A stretch of DNA of 64,000 nt from Desulfobacterales bacterium (GCA_963674755.2 CAXXVS010000001.1:896001-960000); one strand, 5' to 3'. Counted from the first letter of the stretch, positions 1 through 10,513 are shown. Translations and numbers: made by a program. The notes: generated from the letters alone by a model not told the origin.

Positions 1-2
1 GG

Positions 3-53
3 GCGCTGGTCGTGATGGAGACCGGCCGACCGCCATCCGCCGAGATGCTTTAG
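3..53 (+). CDS. possible 3' end of a CDS entering from the left edge
   Basis: Frame 3 reads ALVVMETGRPPSAEML-stop with GC-rich third positions; too short to identify. Confidence 0.3.
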   Translation, partial: ALVVMETGRPPSAEML

Positions 54-405
54 CCGCGCTGCTTGGCAGGCACCGGCTGGCTGATATCCCACCCAGCGGC
101 CGCTATCTGCTGATAATTTCCCCAAGCCGCTTTTTCCACGCCACGCTTTCCGACTTTCGCGCTACTGTCAACCTCCGGTTAACCGGTGGGGCCAGACCCG
201 AGGAAGAGGGCAAAAGGCTTGCATTCACCAACCAGGTATGAAAAAGTTGCGCGCGCTGCCATGGCCGGGCTTTGCGCGGCACGCCGCAAGGCCTTACCAT
301 CATGATGTGGTGCGGCCTTCGGGCCTCCCCGGCAATGCCACCGGGCGCCCGCTCGACTTCAACCGAAAACCCGCTTGACGTGATGACAACTGCGACGGAT
401 AGCTT

Positions 406-1113
406 ATGACGGTTACACCTCCCGACACCACTTCACCCCTTGTGCGCCTGCGGGAAAGCATGGCCTTTTTCCGGGTTTACGGACGGGATCTCCTGCGTTT
501 TTTTATGCTTCTCTACCTGCCGGTGGTGATCCTCTCTTTTGTGCTGCCCCCTGACAGCAGCCAAGGAAGCGGCACAGGCTTTCCCACTGTGGCCTTTATC
601 CTGAACTTTTTCTACCAGCCCATCTATACGGGAGCCCTAATTTATCAACTGGCGCGGATCGAGACCGGACAGCCCTGTACGGTGCGGGAGGGGTTTATTG
701 TCGGTGTGCGCTTGTGGGACAAGCTGCTGCTGGTCAATCTGGTAAGCCTGGCATTGACCCTGACAGGGTTGATGGCCTTTATTCTTCCGGGGTTGATCGC
801 CTATGCACGGCTGTCCCTGGCCGAGTTCCGGGTGGTTTTGGCCGGGGATACCCCGGTCGACGCCTTGCGGAACAGTTTTAAGATGACCCGGCCCTACACG
901 CTGCCGATTATTGCCTGCACCGCCGTATTATTCGGTATTTTTCTGGGGTCGCAGCTTGCGATCGAGTGGCTGGCCAACGCCATGGCAATGCCGCTTTTGT
1001 TGCCGGACGTCCTCAATATCCTGCTGTCGGCGGTCCTGATGGTGTTTCTGACCATTCTTCTCTTCCGGTTCTACGGATTGGCCGGCCAGGCCGACAATTC
1101 ATCAGCGGAGTGA
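406..1113 (+). CDS. integral membrane protein (YciC/UPF0259-like)
   Basis: 235 aa with ~5-6 hydrophobic segments and a 'LPGLI..RLSLA....L......DALRNS..MT' pattern typical of this family. Confidence 0.65.
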   Translation: MTVTPPDTTSPLVRLRESMAFFRVYGRDLLRFFMLLYLPVVILSFVLPPDSSQGSGTGFPTVAFILNFFYQPIYTGALIYQLARIETGQPCTVREGFIVGVRLWDKLLLVNLVSLALTLTGLMAFILPGLIAYARLSLAEFRVVLAGDTPVDALRNSFKMTRPYTLPIIACTAVLFGIFLGSQLAIEWLANAMAMPLLLPDVLNILLSAVLMVFLTILLFRFYGLAGQADNSSAE

Positions 1114-1252
1114 GCCGTGATGACCGTGCCGCTACGAATCGTTGTGTGGTTTTCCCCGGTTATGGTCCGCCACGACGGTCTGGTGGCGACGGCTGACTTC
1201 CCCATGACGCCGGACCGCTATACACGCTCCTTACGGCTTATAGAGAGATAAT

Positions 1253-2053
1253 GTGAAACGGCTGCGCCATCGCTTGCATGAGATTATCTTCGAGGCGGAT
1301 ACCGCGGCCGGCAAGTGGTTTGACATCCTTCTGATCGCCAGTATCATCGTCAGTGTGCTCCTGGTCATGCTGGACAGCGTCACCGGTATCCGAAAGGTCT
1401 ACGGCCTGTGGCTCAACAGCGGTGAATGGTTCTTTACGCTCCTGTTTACCGGGGAATACCTGCTGCGCCTGTTTTGCGTGCAGCGTCCCCTGCTGTATGC
1501 CCGCAGCTTTTTCGGAATCGTGGATCTCCTGGCCATTTTGCCGACCTATCTCAGTGTCATCTTGCCGGGAGGGCACTATTTCATTGTGATCCGGGTGCTG
1601 CGGCTGCTGCGGGTTTTCCGGGTCTTCAAGCTGGTGCAGTTTTTAAGCGAAGCCCGGTTGCTGCTCGGTGCCCTCAGGGCATCCATCCGCAAGATTGCCG
1701 TGTTTTTGTGTGCGGTGCTCACCCTGGTCATGATATTCGGTGCCCTGATGTACGTTGTCGAGGGGGCGGCCAACGGCTTCACGAGTATCCCCCGCAGTAT
1801 TTACTGGGCTATCGTTACCATGACGACCGTGGGTTACGGGGATATCTCGCCCCAGACGGATCTCGGTCAGGCCCTGGCGGCGTTTATCATGATCATCGGC
1901 TATGGGATTATCGCCGTGCCGACCGGGATCGTAACGGTGGAGCTTTCCCGCGCTGCGCACCGGAGCGTGTCTACCCAGGCCTGTCCCGGGTGCGGCCGGG
2001 AAGGGCATGACACGGATGCCATTTTCTGCAAATACTGCGGGGCGTCCCTTTAG
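1253..2053 (+). CDS. voltage-gated potassium channel (KvAP-like) with C-terminal zinc ribbon
   Basis: TMTTVGYGD selectivity filter, S4 RVLRLLRVFRVFK, C-terminal CPGC...CKYCG. Confidence 0.92.
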   Translation: MKRLRHRLHEIIFEADTAAGKWFDILLIASIIVSVLLVMLDSVTGIRKVYGLWLNSGEWFFTLLFTGEYLLRLFCVQRPLLYARSFFGIVDLLAILPTYLSVILPGGHYFIVIRVLRLLRVFRVFKLVQFLSEARLLLGALRASIRKIAVFLCAVLTLVMIFGALMYVVEGAANGFTSIPRSIYWAIVTMTTVGYGDISPQTDLGQALAAFIMIIGYGIIAVPTGIVTVELSRAAHRSVSTQACPGCGREGHDTDAIFCKYCGASL

Positions 2054-2120
2054 CTGGTTGCGGTATGGCACGCTCGGCGTTTTTTAGAGCGCTGTATCCG
2101 GATTCGATGGTATCGGCGCC

Positions 2121-2798
2121 CTAAACCGGGAGCTTGTGTATCGCGAAGGGCTGGCCATGGGCCGGATAAATCCGTGTTACGCCCATGGCGCCAAGGACGC
2201 ACCAGCTTTTGCGAATGGTGTCCAGGCTGTCGCCGAAAGGGGGATAAAACGGGCCGCGGCCGCCCGGCAGATAGTTGACCGCCAGGTCCCCCACGAAAGC
2301 CAGGCCGGAAGCCGTGACAACAGAGAGGGAGCCCGGTGTATGCCCGGGGGTGGGCAGGACGCGGGCATCGAAGCCATAGGGGCTCAGATCCAGTGGCCCC
2401 TCGATGATCTGGTCAGGGACGACCGGGTCGAAGCGCAACAGGCCCTGGGCCAGGCGGGGATGCCGTCTGGCCAACGCTATCAGAGCGCGGGGCAGGGGTC
2501 GGGTACCGGGCGGCAGCGCCATGCGTCCCCGGGCGAGGTAGGTGGCTTCCGCCCGATGGACCAGCACCGGACAGGCGCAGTGGCTGCGGATGGCCTTCAG
2601 ACTGCCCACGTGGTCATAGTGCACGTGGGTGACGAGGATCAGGCGGATTTGCCGGGGGGCGATGCCGTGACGTGACAAGGCGCGCCGAAAAACCGGGGTT
2701 TTGCCGCGGAGGCCGGCGTCGATCAACAGGTAGCCCGCTGGGCCGGGGATAAGATAAACACAGGTGATGCCCAGCCGGATCAAGATGGGATTACCCAT
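2121..2798 (-). CDS. MBL-fold metallo-hydrolase
   Basis: THVHYDHVG, TPGHTPGS, GD and PAHG metal-binding motifs. Confidence 0.9.
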   Translation of the reverse strand: MGNPILIRLGITCVYLIPGPAGYLLIDAGLRGKTPVFRRALSRHGIAPRQIRLILVTHVHYDHVGSLKAIRSHCACPVLVHRAEATYLARGRMALPPGTRPLPRALIALARRHPRLAQGLLRFDPVVPDQIIEGPLDLSPYGFDARVLPTPGHTPGSLSVVTASGLAFVGDLAVNYLPGGRGPFYPPFGDSLDTIRKSWCVLGAMGVTRIYPAHGQPFAIHKLPV

Positions 2799-2863
2799 AG
2801 CGGTCCCCTTTATGGTGTCATTTTATGTTCAAGTTTTAGCCAAGATAACCGGGAGCTGATCGC

Positions 2864-3169
2864 ATGTCATTTGTGCCGGAAGAAAACCCCATGGTCTGGG
2901 TGGTCGTGCAAACCCTGGAGGGTGCCGAGCAGTATATCGGCCAACACATCCCTGACCAGGATATTATGTTCATCCCTTTTTTTCAGGAAAAAGAAGACGC
3001 CCAGTACGGGCTGAGCCTCATGCCGCGTCAAAAGGGCAGCCGCTATGAAATTCAGGCCATCCGTTTCCGTGAACTGGCCCGGGATGCGGCCCAACAGGGT
3101 TTTCTCCTTTTTGGCATCAATGGGGAAGGCCAAATCCTGGACAAGATAGATCCCCATACAGTGGCCTGA
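2864..3169 (+). CDS. hypothetical protein
   Basis: 101 aa ORF, GGGAG RBS upstream, fills the gap between neighbours. Confidence 0.7.
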   Translation: MSFVPEENPMVWVVVQTLEGAEQYIGQHIPDQDIMFIPFFQEKEDAQYGLSLMPRQKGSRYEIQAIRFRELARDAAQQGFLLFGINGEGQILDKIDPHTVA

Positions 3170-3210
3170 GACGCGGCCGGGCCCTTTCCGTGGAGCGGGA
3201 TATAGGTGGC

Positions 3211-3361
3211 CCTATTCACAAATACGCTGACATTCAGCCGTCAATTCATCCTGCCGTACGGTGTTGCGTGAACACAGCCTATTACGGATAGGCCTTAGTT
3301 CGCGCGCCTTGTCCGCCAGGCGACTTGACGACTTCATTACGTCACCCTATTTACGAACAGG
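3211..3361. repeat. degenerate palindromic MITE/REP-like element
   Basis: Imperfect terminal IR (CCTATTCACAAATA / TATTTACGAACAGG), inner GGTGTTGCG...CGCGCCTTG motif and central GCCTAT/ATAGGC hairpin; same layout as 4059-4200 and 14270-14395. Confidence 0.6.
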
Positions 3362-3365
3362 ACCA

Positions 3366-4031
3366 CTAACCCATCCCCAGCGTGATGAGTTCCACGGTTG
3401 CCTGCCGCCGGTCCCAGACCAGACACAGGCCGTCGGCCAGGGCGCCGCAGGTGATTACCGCTGCCTGGCGGGCGGCCAGGGGGACGGGGCGCCCTTTCGC
3501 CATTGATCGCCGGACAAGGGAAGCCTCCCTTAGCTGCACGATTTCCGGTTGATGACGGTGGCCCCGGAAAAGCAGTGTCTCCGGGTACCGTGCGAAAAAG
3601 CGCCGCAGCTGATCAACATCCATATCTTCGAACAAACAGCGCACGCCCAAGGCCTCCTCAAAAGGCAGGGAATGAACCAGCAGGGCCGATCCGATCCGGC
3701 GTCCGAAGGGCATGGCACGCATGACGTCTGCGGCTTGGCGGCCGAGCCCGGCGGAGCGGTTGAGCAGCAGGGTGTGTTCGTTATTGCCGCGAACGGCTTT
3801 GATCTGCCCGGCGTCCAACGCCTGCAGGCAGGCCTCGACGGTGTCGGGGCGGGTGGTGTCGACGGCGTCCCCGAGGTGGATGCACATGGCACATCCCCGG
3901 GATCGCAGGACGGCGGCCGCGCTTGCGATCAGAGCGGCATCGCCATGGCTGTCGGCCATAAGACCGATTCGCTCCGGGGCTTCCGATTCGGATACCCAGG
4001 GACGGGCCATTCGGGCGGCGTCAGAGAGCAA
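3366..4031 (-). CDS. metallophosphoesterase (YfcE-like)
   Basis: ADSHG, HLGD, VRGNNE and GHRH calcineurin-like motifs; start uncertain. Confidence 0.85.
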   Translation of the reverse strand: MLSDAARMARPWVSESEAPERIGLMADSHGDAALIASAAAVLRSRGCAMCIHLGDAVDTTRPDTVEACLQALDAGQIKAVRGNNEHTLLLNRSAGLGRQAADVMRAMPFGRRIGSALLVHSLPFEEALGVRCLFEDMDVDQLRRFFARYPETLLFRGHRHQPEIVQLREASLVRRSMAKGRPVPLAARQAAVITCGALADGLCLVWDRRQATVELITLGMG

Positions 4032-4058
4032 TAGGACTTTTCCCCCGGCCTAAATCTT

Positions 4059-4200
4059 GACGGTTTCGTAAAACGCTCAATCCACCTTTGGCGGACAAGT
4101 ATCGGCGTTGTGCGGCGGTCTTCGTCACTGCGGCGAACTGGCGTACGCCTTACGCCTCAGGACTTGCACGCCTTGATCTTGAACGGTTTACGAAACCGTC
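4059..4200. repeat. palindromic MITE/REP-like element
   Basis: Perfect 14-bp TIR GACGGTTTCGTAAA / TTTACGAAACCGTC; core closely matches 14293-14378. Confidence 0.85.
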
Positions 4201-4224
4201 TGAAGGTTGACGCTTTAGGAGCCA

Positions 4225-5799
4225 TCAAATCTTGAAGCTTTCCGTCATGCCGGCATATCGCTTGCGCAGTTCGGGTTTTTCGATTTTGCCGGTGGGGTTG
4301 CGGGGGACCTCCCCGAAGATGATCCGCCGCGGCCGCTTGTAGCGCGGCAGGGCCTGGCAAAAGGCGTCGATTTCCTGGACGCTCAGTTCCTGCTGCGGTT
4401 TGACCTTGACGATGGCGGTGGCGATTTCTCCCAGCCGCAGACTGGGCAGGCCGATCACGGCCACGTCCTGGATCTTGGGATGGCTCTGCAGAAAGTCTTC
4501 GATTTCCACCGGGAAGATGTTTTCCCCGCCGGTGATGATCACGTCTTTTTTGCGGTCCACCAGCCAGATAAAACCGTCTTCGTCTTCCCGGGCGATATCC
4601 CCGGTCATCAGCCAGCCGTCCCTAAGCGTCTCTTGAGTGGCTTCAGGGTTTTTGTAGTATTCGCGCATGACGCCCGGTCCCTTGATGATGAGTTCGCCCG
4701 GGGTTCCGGGAACCACGGCCGCCATCTGGTTGTCGACAATGCGGTATTCCCAGTCAAAACCGGGGCGGCCGATGGCGCCCACCTTGTGGCTGTTTTCGAT
4801 GCCCAGATGCACGCAGCCGGGACCGGTGGATTCGGTCAGGCCGTAGTTGGTGTCGTACTGGTGGTGGGGGAAGCATTTCTGCCATTCCCGCACCAGGCTG
4901 GGGGGCACGGGCTGGGCGCCGATGTGCATCAGCCGCCACTGGTCCAGCTTGAAAGCCTTGAGTTTCAACTCGCCGCTTTCGATGGCAAACAGCACGTCCA
5001 ACGCCCAGGGCACCAGCAGCCAGACGATGGTCACCTGCTCCTCGGAAACAGCCTCCAAAATCCAGCGCGGCTCGATGCCTTTCAGAATGACCGCCCGGGC
5101 GCCCACGATAAAATTGCCGAACCAGTGCATCTTGGCGCCGGTATGATAGAGGGGTGGAATGCACAGGAAGTTGTCGTCGTGGGTCTGCTGGTGGTGGCGG
5201 TTTTCGATATAACAGGCGAATTCCAGGTTGCGATGGGTCAGCAGGGTGGCTTTGGGGGTGCCGGTGGTGCCGGAGGTGAAATAGAGAGCGGCCTCGTCTT
5301 CCAGCGCCAGGGGGACATCAGGTGCTGCCGATTGAGCCGAGGACAGGAAGGCCTCGAAATGCTCGGCATATGCGGGGGTTTTTTCTTCGGGACCCACGAA
5401 AATATAGAAGCGCACCGAGCGGTCCAGATCGGCCTTGATCGCATCGATGCGCTCGATGAATTCTTCCCCGAAGATGACGGCCCGGGCTTCGGCGGTGGCG
5501 GCGCAGCGCAGGATGGTTCGGGCCACGAAACGAAAATTGAGGGGCACCGCCCAGGCGCCCGTGCGCAGGATACCAAAATAAATGGGCAGCCATTCGATGC
5601 AGTTCATCATCAGGTGCACCACCCGATGGCCCTTGGCGATGCCCCGGGCCATCAGGGCCTGGGCCACCCGGTTGGCCTGGTCGTCGAAGGTCGACCAGGT
5701 GATGGCCGTGCGTTTATTGGCAGCCGGGGCCCGTTCGATCAGGGCCGTCTCATTGCCGTACATGCGGGCGTTGCGGGCTAAAATTTCGGTAATAATCAT
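4225..5799 (-). CDS. AMP-dependent acyl-CoA synthetase/ligase
   Basis: YFTSGTTGTPK, YGLTES, GWLMTGD, DRKKDVIITGGENI and PRNPTGK motifs. Confidence 0.95.
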   Translation of the reverse strand: MIITEILARNARMYGNETALIERAPAANKRTAITWSTFDDQANRVAQALMARGIAKGHRVVHLMMNCIEWLPIYFGILRTGAWAVPLNFRFVARTILRCAATAEARAVIFGEEFIERIDAIKADLDRSVRFYIFVGPEEKTPAYAEHFEAFLSSAQSAAPDVPLALEDEAALYFTSGTTGTPKATLLTHRNLEFACYIENRHHQQTHDDNFLCIPPLYHTGAKMHWFGNFIVGARAVILKGIEPRWILEAVSEEQVTIVWLLVPWALDVLFAIESGELKLKAFKLDQWRLMHIGAQPVPPSLVREWQKCFPHHQYDTNYGLTESTGPGCVHLGIENSHKVGAIGRPGFDWEYRIVDNQMAAVVPGTPGELIIKGPGVMREYYKNPEATQETLRDGWLMTGDIAREDEDGFIWLVDRKKDVIITGGENIFPVEIEDFLQSHPKIQDVAVIGLPSLRLGEIATAIVKVKPQQELSVQEIDAFCQALPRYKRPRRIIFGEVPRNPTGKIEKPELRKRYAGMTESFKI

Positions 5800-6074
5800 G
5801 GCGTCGGCTTTCTGTCAGATGCGGTGTTTGGCGGTCATTTGAGACGCACCGTTGCATACCAGAGAGCAGCGGCGGCGGTCAACCGGATCGCGCCTGCTCC
5901 AAAAACTACTTGACGGGCCGGCCAAAATCCGCCGATGGGTTGGTTGCCGAAAGCTGAGCCGGGCAGCGAGGCCGCGTTTCTGCGTGGCGCGCCCCAGCCC
6001 TTGACAGGAGGGTGGCCTCCGCCTAAGAAGCGAGACGGAAGCCCCATTCTGACCGCAACACCAGAGGAAGACCG

Positions 6075-6866
6075 ATGCAGCCCATTCACAATTTTCCGCC
6101 AGCCCTGCGATCCGCCATCCGGTATGTGCTCTGCGATATCGACGATACCCTCACCGCTGAGGGCCGCCTTCCGGCCGCCGCTTACGCCGCCCTGGAACGT
6201 CTGGACGCCGCCGGGATTCCGGTGATCCCCATCACGGGTCGCCCGGCCGGCTGGTGCGACCACATGGCGCGCATGTGGCCCATTGCCGGGCTGGTGGGGG
6301 AAAACGGGGCTTTTTATTTCCGCTACGACGCCCACCAGCACCGCATGGTGCGTCGTTATTGGAAGACGGATGGGGAGCGGCGTGAAGACCGGGCCCGTCT
6401 GCAGCAGATCGAAAAGACGATTCTGGCGCGTGTGCCCGGATCCCGGGTGTCGGCCGACCAGGCCTACCGCGAAGCGGATCTGGCCATCGACTTCTGCGAA
6501 GATGTGCCGCCCCTGCCCATGGCCGAGGTGGAAAAGATCGTGGCCTGTTTCGAGCAGGCCGGGGCCCGGGCCAAGATCAGCTCCATCCATGTCAACGGCT
6601 GGTTCGGGGATTATGACAAACTGGCCATGACACGGCTTTTTTTTCGCGAACAGCTGGACTGCGACCTGGAAGCGGTGCGCGACCGGGTGGTGTTCGCGGG
6701 CGATTCGCCCAACGATGAGCCCATGTTCGCCTTTTTCCCCAACGGGGTGGGGGTGGCCAATGTGCGGCGGTTTACAGACCGTATGGTCCATCCGCCGGCC
6801 TGGGTCACGGAACAGGAAGGCGGCTTCGGGTTTGCCGAGCTGGTGGCCGTGCTGCTGGATCGCTGA
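6075..6866 (+). CDS. HAD-IIB family hydrolase
   Basis: CDIDDTL, ITGR and GDSPND HAD motifs. Confidence 0.9.
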   Translation: MQPIHNFPPALRSAIRYVLCDIDDTLTAEGRLPAAAYAALERLDAAGIPVIPITGRPAGWCDHMARMWPIAGLVGENGAFYFRYDAHQHRMVRRYWKTDGERREDRARLQQIEKTILARVPGSRVSADQAYREADLAIDFCEDVPPLPMAEVEKIVACFEQAGARAKISSIHVNGWFGDYDKLAMTRLFFREQLDCDLEAVRDRVVFAGDSPNDEPMFAFFPNGVGVANVRRFTDRMVHPPAWVTEQEGGFGFAELVAVLLDR

Positions 6867-6915
6867 TGACGAGAGCGTAAGCGAACGGCAGGCAGGGGGA
6901 CAACGCATCCCGCCG

Positions 6916-7836
6916 TTATTTCTCCCGTTCCACCAAACCCTTCACAAACCAGCGTTGCATGAAAAGCACCACCAGGATCGGCGGCAGCATGACGATCAGG
7001 GCGCCGGACAGGGCCACGTTCCAGAAGGGGACGTCGTCGATCTGGGGGATAAGGTTCTGAAGGCCGATGACGGCCGTGGTCATGTCCGGATCGGTTGTGA
7101 TCAGGAGGGGCCAGAGATACTGGTTCCAGCCGTAGACGAATTCGATGACCACCAGGGCGGCGATGTTCGTTACCGACAGGGGTAGGAGAATCTTGCGGAA
7201 GAACATCATGGCCGATGCTCCGTCCAGCTTGGCGGCCTCGCAGAGCTCTTCGGGAACGGTCAGGAAAAACTGGCGGAAGAGAAAGGTGCAGGTGGCCGAC
7301 GCCACCAGGGGCAGGATCAAGCCCGTATAGCTGTCCAGGAGGCTCCATTCCAGCGCAATCTCCACGTCGTGTCCGGTCCACCATTGAAGGAGCTGGTTCA
7401 GGTGCAGGGCATCGGCCAGCCACTGCAGGGGGCCGAAAATATTGGCGGCAATCTCATAGGTCGGCAGGATGCGTACTTCCACCGGCAGCATCAGGGTGCA
7501 GAATACAGCCGCAAAGGCGACCTTGCGGAAGCGGTAGTCGAAATACACGATGGAAAAGGCTCCCAGCATGGAAACCACAATCTTCCCGATCGTGATGCCG
7601 GATGCCATCACAAAGGAGTTCAACAGCTGGCGTCCCAGATTGCCCTGGGCCCAGGCGGCCTTCATGTTGACCCAAAACTGATCGCCCGGCATCAGCGGCA
7701 TGGGAACTTTGGAGACTTCCGACAACGGCAGCGAGGCCGCCACGAAGGTATAGAAGATCGGAAATCCGACGATACAGATGCCGATCATGAGGAAAGCATA
7801 GGTCAGGGTGTCGAGAAGCGGGGTTCGTTCAACCAT
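6916..7836 (-). CDS. ugpE: glycerol-3-phosphate ABC transporter permease
   Basis: EAA loop EELCEAAKLDGAS, MVERTP N-terminus, GLVEREK C-terminus; downstream of ugpA. Confidence 0.88.
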   Translation of the reverse strand: MVERTPLLDTLTYAFLMIGICIVGFPIFYTFVAASLPLSEVSKVPMPLMPGDQFWVNMKAAWAQGNLGRQLLNSFVMASGITIGKIVVSMLGAFSIVYFDYRFRKVAFAAVFCTLMLPVEVRILPTYEIAANIFGPLQWLADALHLNQLLQWWTGHDVEIALEWSLLDSYTGLILPLVASATCTFLFRQFFLTVPEELCEAAKLDGASAMMFFRKILLPLSVTNIAALVVIEFVYGWNQYLWPLLITTDPDMTTAVIGLQNLIPQIDDVPFWNVALSGALIVMLPPILVVLFMQRWFVKGLVEREK

Positions 7837-7842
7837 GTCTTT

Positions 7843-8733
7843 TTATAGGGTGTATTGCACCTTGCGTTCCACGTAGCGGAACTGCAACACTGTTATGGTT
7901 ATGATCAATGCCATCAGCACCACCGACTGGGCCGCCGAGGATCCCAGATTCAACCCGATGAACCCGTCCTGGTAGACTTTGTAGACCAGGGTCGTCGTCG
8001 CGCCGCCGGGCCCCCCCTGGGTGACGGTGTAAATGACACCGAAGGTCTCGAAAAAGGCATAAATGACGTTCATGACCATCAAAAAGAAAAGGGTGGGGGA
8101 CAGCAGCGGGAAGGTGATGGCCCAGAAGCGGCGAAAGGGGCCGGCGCCGTCCATGGCCGCCGCTTCCACCAGCGAGTGGGGGATGGCCTGCATGCCCGCC
8201 ACGAAAAAGACGAAGTTGTAGCTGATCTGCTTCCAGGCGCTGGCGATGATCACCATGATGAGGGCATCGCTGCCGTTGAGAACCGGATTCCAGTCGATGC
8301 CCAGGCGCCGCTTGAGGAAAAAGGCCACCACGCCGAAGGAGGGGTGCAGCAAAAACAGCCACAGGATGCCGGAGATGGCCGGCGCCACGGCATAAGGCCA
8401 GATGAGCATGGTGCGGATGACGGCCTTGGCCCGCAGGGCCCGATTGGCCAGGCTGGCGATAAACAGGCCCAGGGTGATGGCGGTCAGGGCGGTCGCAAAG
8501 CTGAACTCCAATGTAATACCGATGGATTTCAGGTAGAGCGGATCCGAGAAGATGCTGATGAAATTGTCGAACCAGACAAACCGGTTGCGCTGGCCGAAAG
8601 GGTCGCTCAACATGACCGATTGAATCATGCCCTGGGTGGCCGGCCAGTAAAAGAAGGTAAGCGTCACCAGCACTTGGGGCGTGATCAGGAGGTATGGCAG
8701 GATGCGTGATTTGAAGATGGAACGCTTGATCAT
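7843..8733 (-). CDS. ugpA: glycerol-3-phosphate ABC transporter permease
   Basis: SLVEAAAMDGAG EAA loop, WKQISYNFVFF, QFRYVERKVQY. Confidence 0.9.
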   Translation of the reverse strand: MIKRSIFKSRILPYLLITPQVLVTLTFFYWPATQGMIQSVMLSDPFGQRNRFVWFDNFISIFSDPLYLKSIGITLEFSFATALTAITLGLFIASLANRALRAKAVIRTMLIWPYAVAPAISGILWLFLLHPSFGVVAFFLKRRLGIDWNPVLNGSDALIMVIIASAWKQISYNFVFFVAGMQAIPHSLVEAAAMDGAGPFRRFWAITFPLLSPTLFFLMVMNVIYAFFETFGVIYTVTQGGPGGATTTLVYKVYQDGFIGLNLGSSAAQSVVLMALIITITVLQFRYVERKVQYTL

Positions 8734-8802
8734 GACTGCTGTATTCGTTGGATCAGTTGTCGCACTCGCTTACGCGCCGTTGGCGCCCCCCGTCGTTTGG
8801 AA

Positions 8803-8890
8803 ACCACGATGGCCGCATCCCGACCGGTTTTTCTTAAACGCATTTTGGATCTCCCTTGGGAAAACCGGTGCGGGATGGGGTCATGATGGT
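8803..8890. other. long intercistronic stem-loop between ugpB and ugpA
   Basis: Inverted arms CATCCCG-ACCGGTTTT and AAAACCGGT-GCGGGATG; typical transcript stabiliser after an SBP gene. Confidence 0.55.
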
Positions 8891-8895
8891 CGGTT

Positions 8896-10221
8896 TTACT
8901 TATAGGTTTTTTCAAACTCGCGCAGCTTTTCGTTGCTGCGGCTCACAGCGTCGTCCATGGCCTGCTGGGGCGTCTTGGCGCCGCTCCAGATGAGTTCCAT
9001 TTCCTCGTTGATGATATTGCGGATCTGGACGAAGTAGCCCAGGCGCAACCCGCGCGAGTTTTTGGTGGGATTGCGCCGGGTCATCTGCTTGATACCGACT
9101 TCCTGGTAGGGATTCTCGTCGAAATACCCATCCGCCTTCAGGGATTCATAGGCATTGATAGTGATGGGGAAGTACCCGGTTTCCTTGTGCCACAGTTTCT
9201 GCATATCGGGCTGGGCCAGGAAATAAAGAAAGTCGGCGACGCCTTTGTAATCTTCCTTGGAATGGCCCTTCATCACCCACAGCGAAGCGCCGCCGATGAT
9301 GCTGTTCTGGGGGGCCTTCGTGCTGGCTTCCACCGGCAGGGGCGCGATATCCCAGCCAAAGGTGGCATTTTTCTTGACGGCGCCGATGCCGCTGATGGAC
9401 TCCATCAGGATGGCCGCATCCTGGGCGACGAAGGCCGCCTGGGGTCCCTGGTACTTCTGGCCTTCGTAGGAGAAACGGCCGTCCGCCATCCAGGATTTGA
9501 GACGCGTCAGGTGATTCACCACCTGGGGGTTGTTGATCAGCAGTTTGCAATCCAGGCCTTCATAGCCGTCCGCTTTGCTGGCAAAGGGTATGTTTTGAAT
9601 GGCGCTGAAGTTTTCCACCTGGATCCAGGACTGCCAGGAGGTGACCATGCCTTTATCGACGCCCGAAGCCACCAGCTTGGCCGTGATGTCGCCCAACTGA
9701 TCCCAGGTGATGGGTTCGGTTTTGGACAGCATGGGGATGCCGGCCTTTTTGAAGAGGTCCACATTGTAGTACATGACCGGGGTGGACGAGTTGAAGGGCA
9801 TGGACATCAGGTTGTTGTTTTGATCCACATAGTAAGAGAGAACGGGCTGCAGGTAGCCCGACCAGTCGATCTTGTAGCCTTGATCTTCCATCAGTTGATA
9901 GACGGGATAGACGGCTCCCGAAAGCATCATGGTGAGGGTGCCCACCTCGAAAACCTGCAGGATGTGGGGTTGTTTCTTGGCCCGATAGGCCGCTACGCCG
10001 GCGTTGACCGTTTCGTCATAATTGCCTTTGTTGGTTTCGATGACCACATAGTCGTTTTGCGAGGCGTTGAAGGCGTCCACGATCTTCTTCAGGGTTTCGC
10101 CCCGGGGGCCCCGCATGGCGTGCCACCACTGGATTTCAATGGGCTTGGCCAGTACTTCACTGGCCGCGAAAAGGGTTACCATAGCCAAAATGACGAGCAC
10201 CACTAACTTCCGCGATTTCAT
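8896..10221 (-). CDS. ugpB: glycerol-3-phosphate ABC transporter substrate-binding protein
   Basis: Signal peptide, WWHAM, QVFEVGT, SMPFNSSTP, NSIIGGASLW, SRGLRLG motifs. Confidence 0.92.
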   Translation of the reverse strand: MKSRKLVVLVILAMVTLFAASEVLAKPIEIQWWHAMRGPRGETLKKIVDAFNASQNDYVVIETNKGNYDETVNAGVAAYRAKKQPHILQVFEVGTLTMMLSGAVYPVYQLMEDQGYKIDWSGYLQPVLSYYVDQNNNLMSMPFNSSTPVMYYNVDLFKKAGIPMLSKTEPITWDQLGDITAKLVASGVDKGMVTSWQSWIQVENFSAIQNIPFASKADGYEGLDCKLLINNPQVVNHLTRLKSWMADGRFSYEGQKYQGPQAAFVAQDAAILMESISGIGAVKKNATFGWDIAPLPVEASTKAPQNSIIGGASLWVMKGHSKEDYKGVADFLYFLAQPDMQKLWHKETGYFPITINAYESLKADGYFDENPYQEVGIKQMTRRNPTKNSRGLRLGYFVQIRNIINEEMELIWSGAKTPQQAMDDAVSRSNEKLREFEKTYK

Positions 10222-10513
10222 ATCCTTTCCTCCTCTCCCATGAGTGCTATTGACGCTGAGAACCCGCCACTCGGGTTCTGTTATCCCATTCTGTCATGGA
10301 GAAATGCCCATAGCAATTTACACGCATATCGGGGATGTGTTAATGGAGTCAAGGATTAATTGGAACCGGGCGGAAGAATTCGAATGCCATTCCGGGGTTG
10401 GTTGGATTAGAAATAAATTTATTAGGTTATCATTGGCCGGGAATGAATCCGGACCCCCTGGAGATGCAGGGGAAACAGGCCCCCGATCGGAAGAGTGATC
10501 CCGGGGCGGGAAA

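Noticed and set aside
54..405. Possible ncRNA or small ORF (103-303) in the first intergenic region
   Set aside because: Some hairpin potential near 283-345, but no SRP, 6S, RNase P or riboswitch consensus recognised; the ORF has no protein-like features.
4141..4156. GTACGCC/CCTTACGC shared between the MITE core and the transposase-end repeats
   Set aside because: Only 7-8 bp in GC-rich DNA; too short to link the MITEs to this transposase.
10278..10297. Pho-box-like CTGTTAT/CTGTCAT direct repeat upstream of ugpB
   Set aside because: The period is 13 bp, not the 11 bp needed for a PhoB box.
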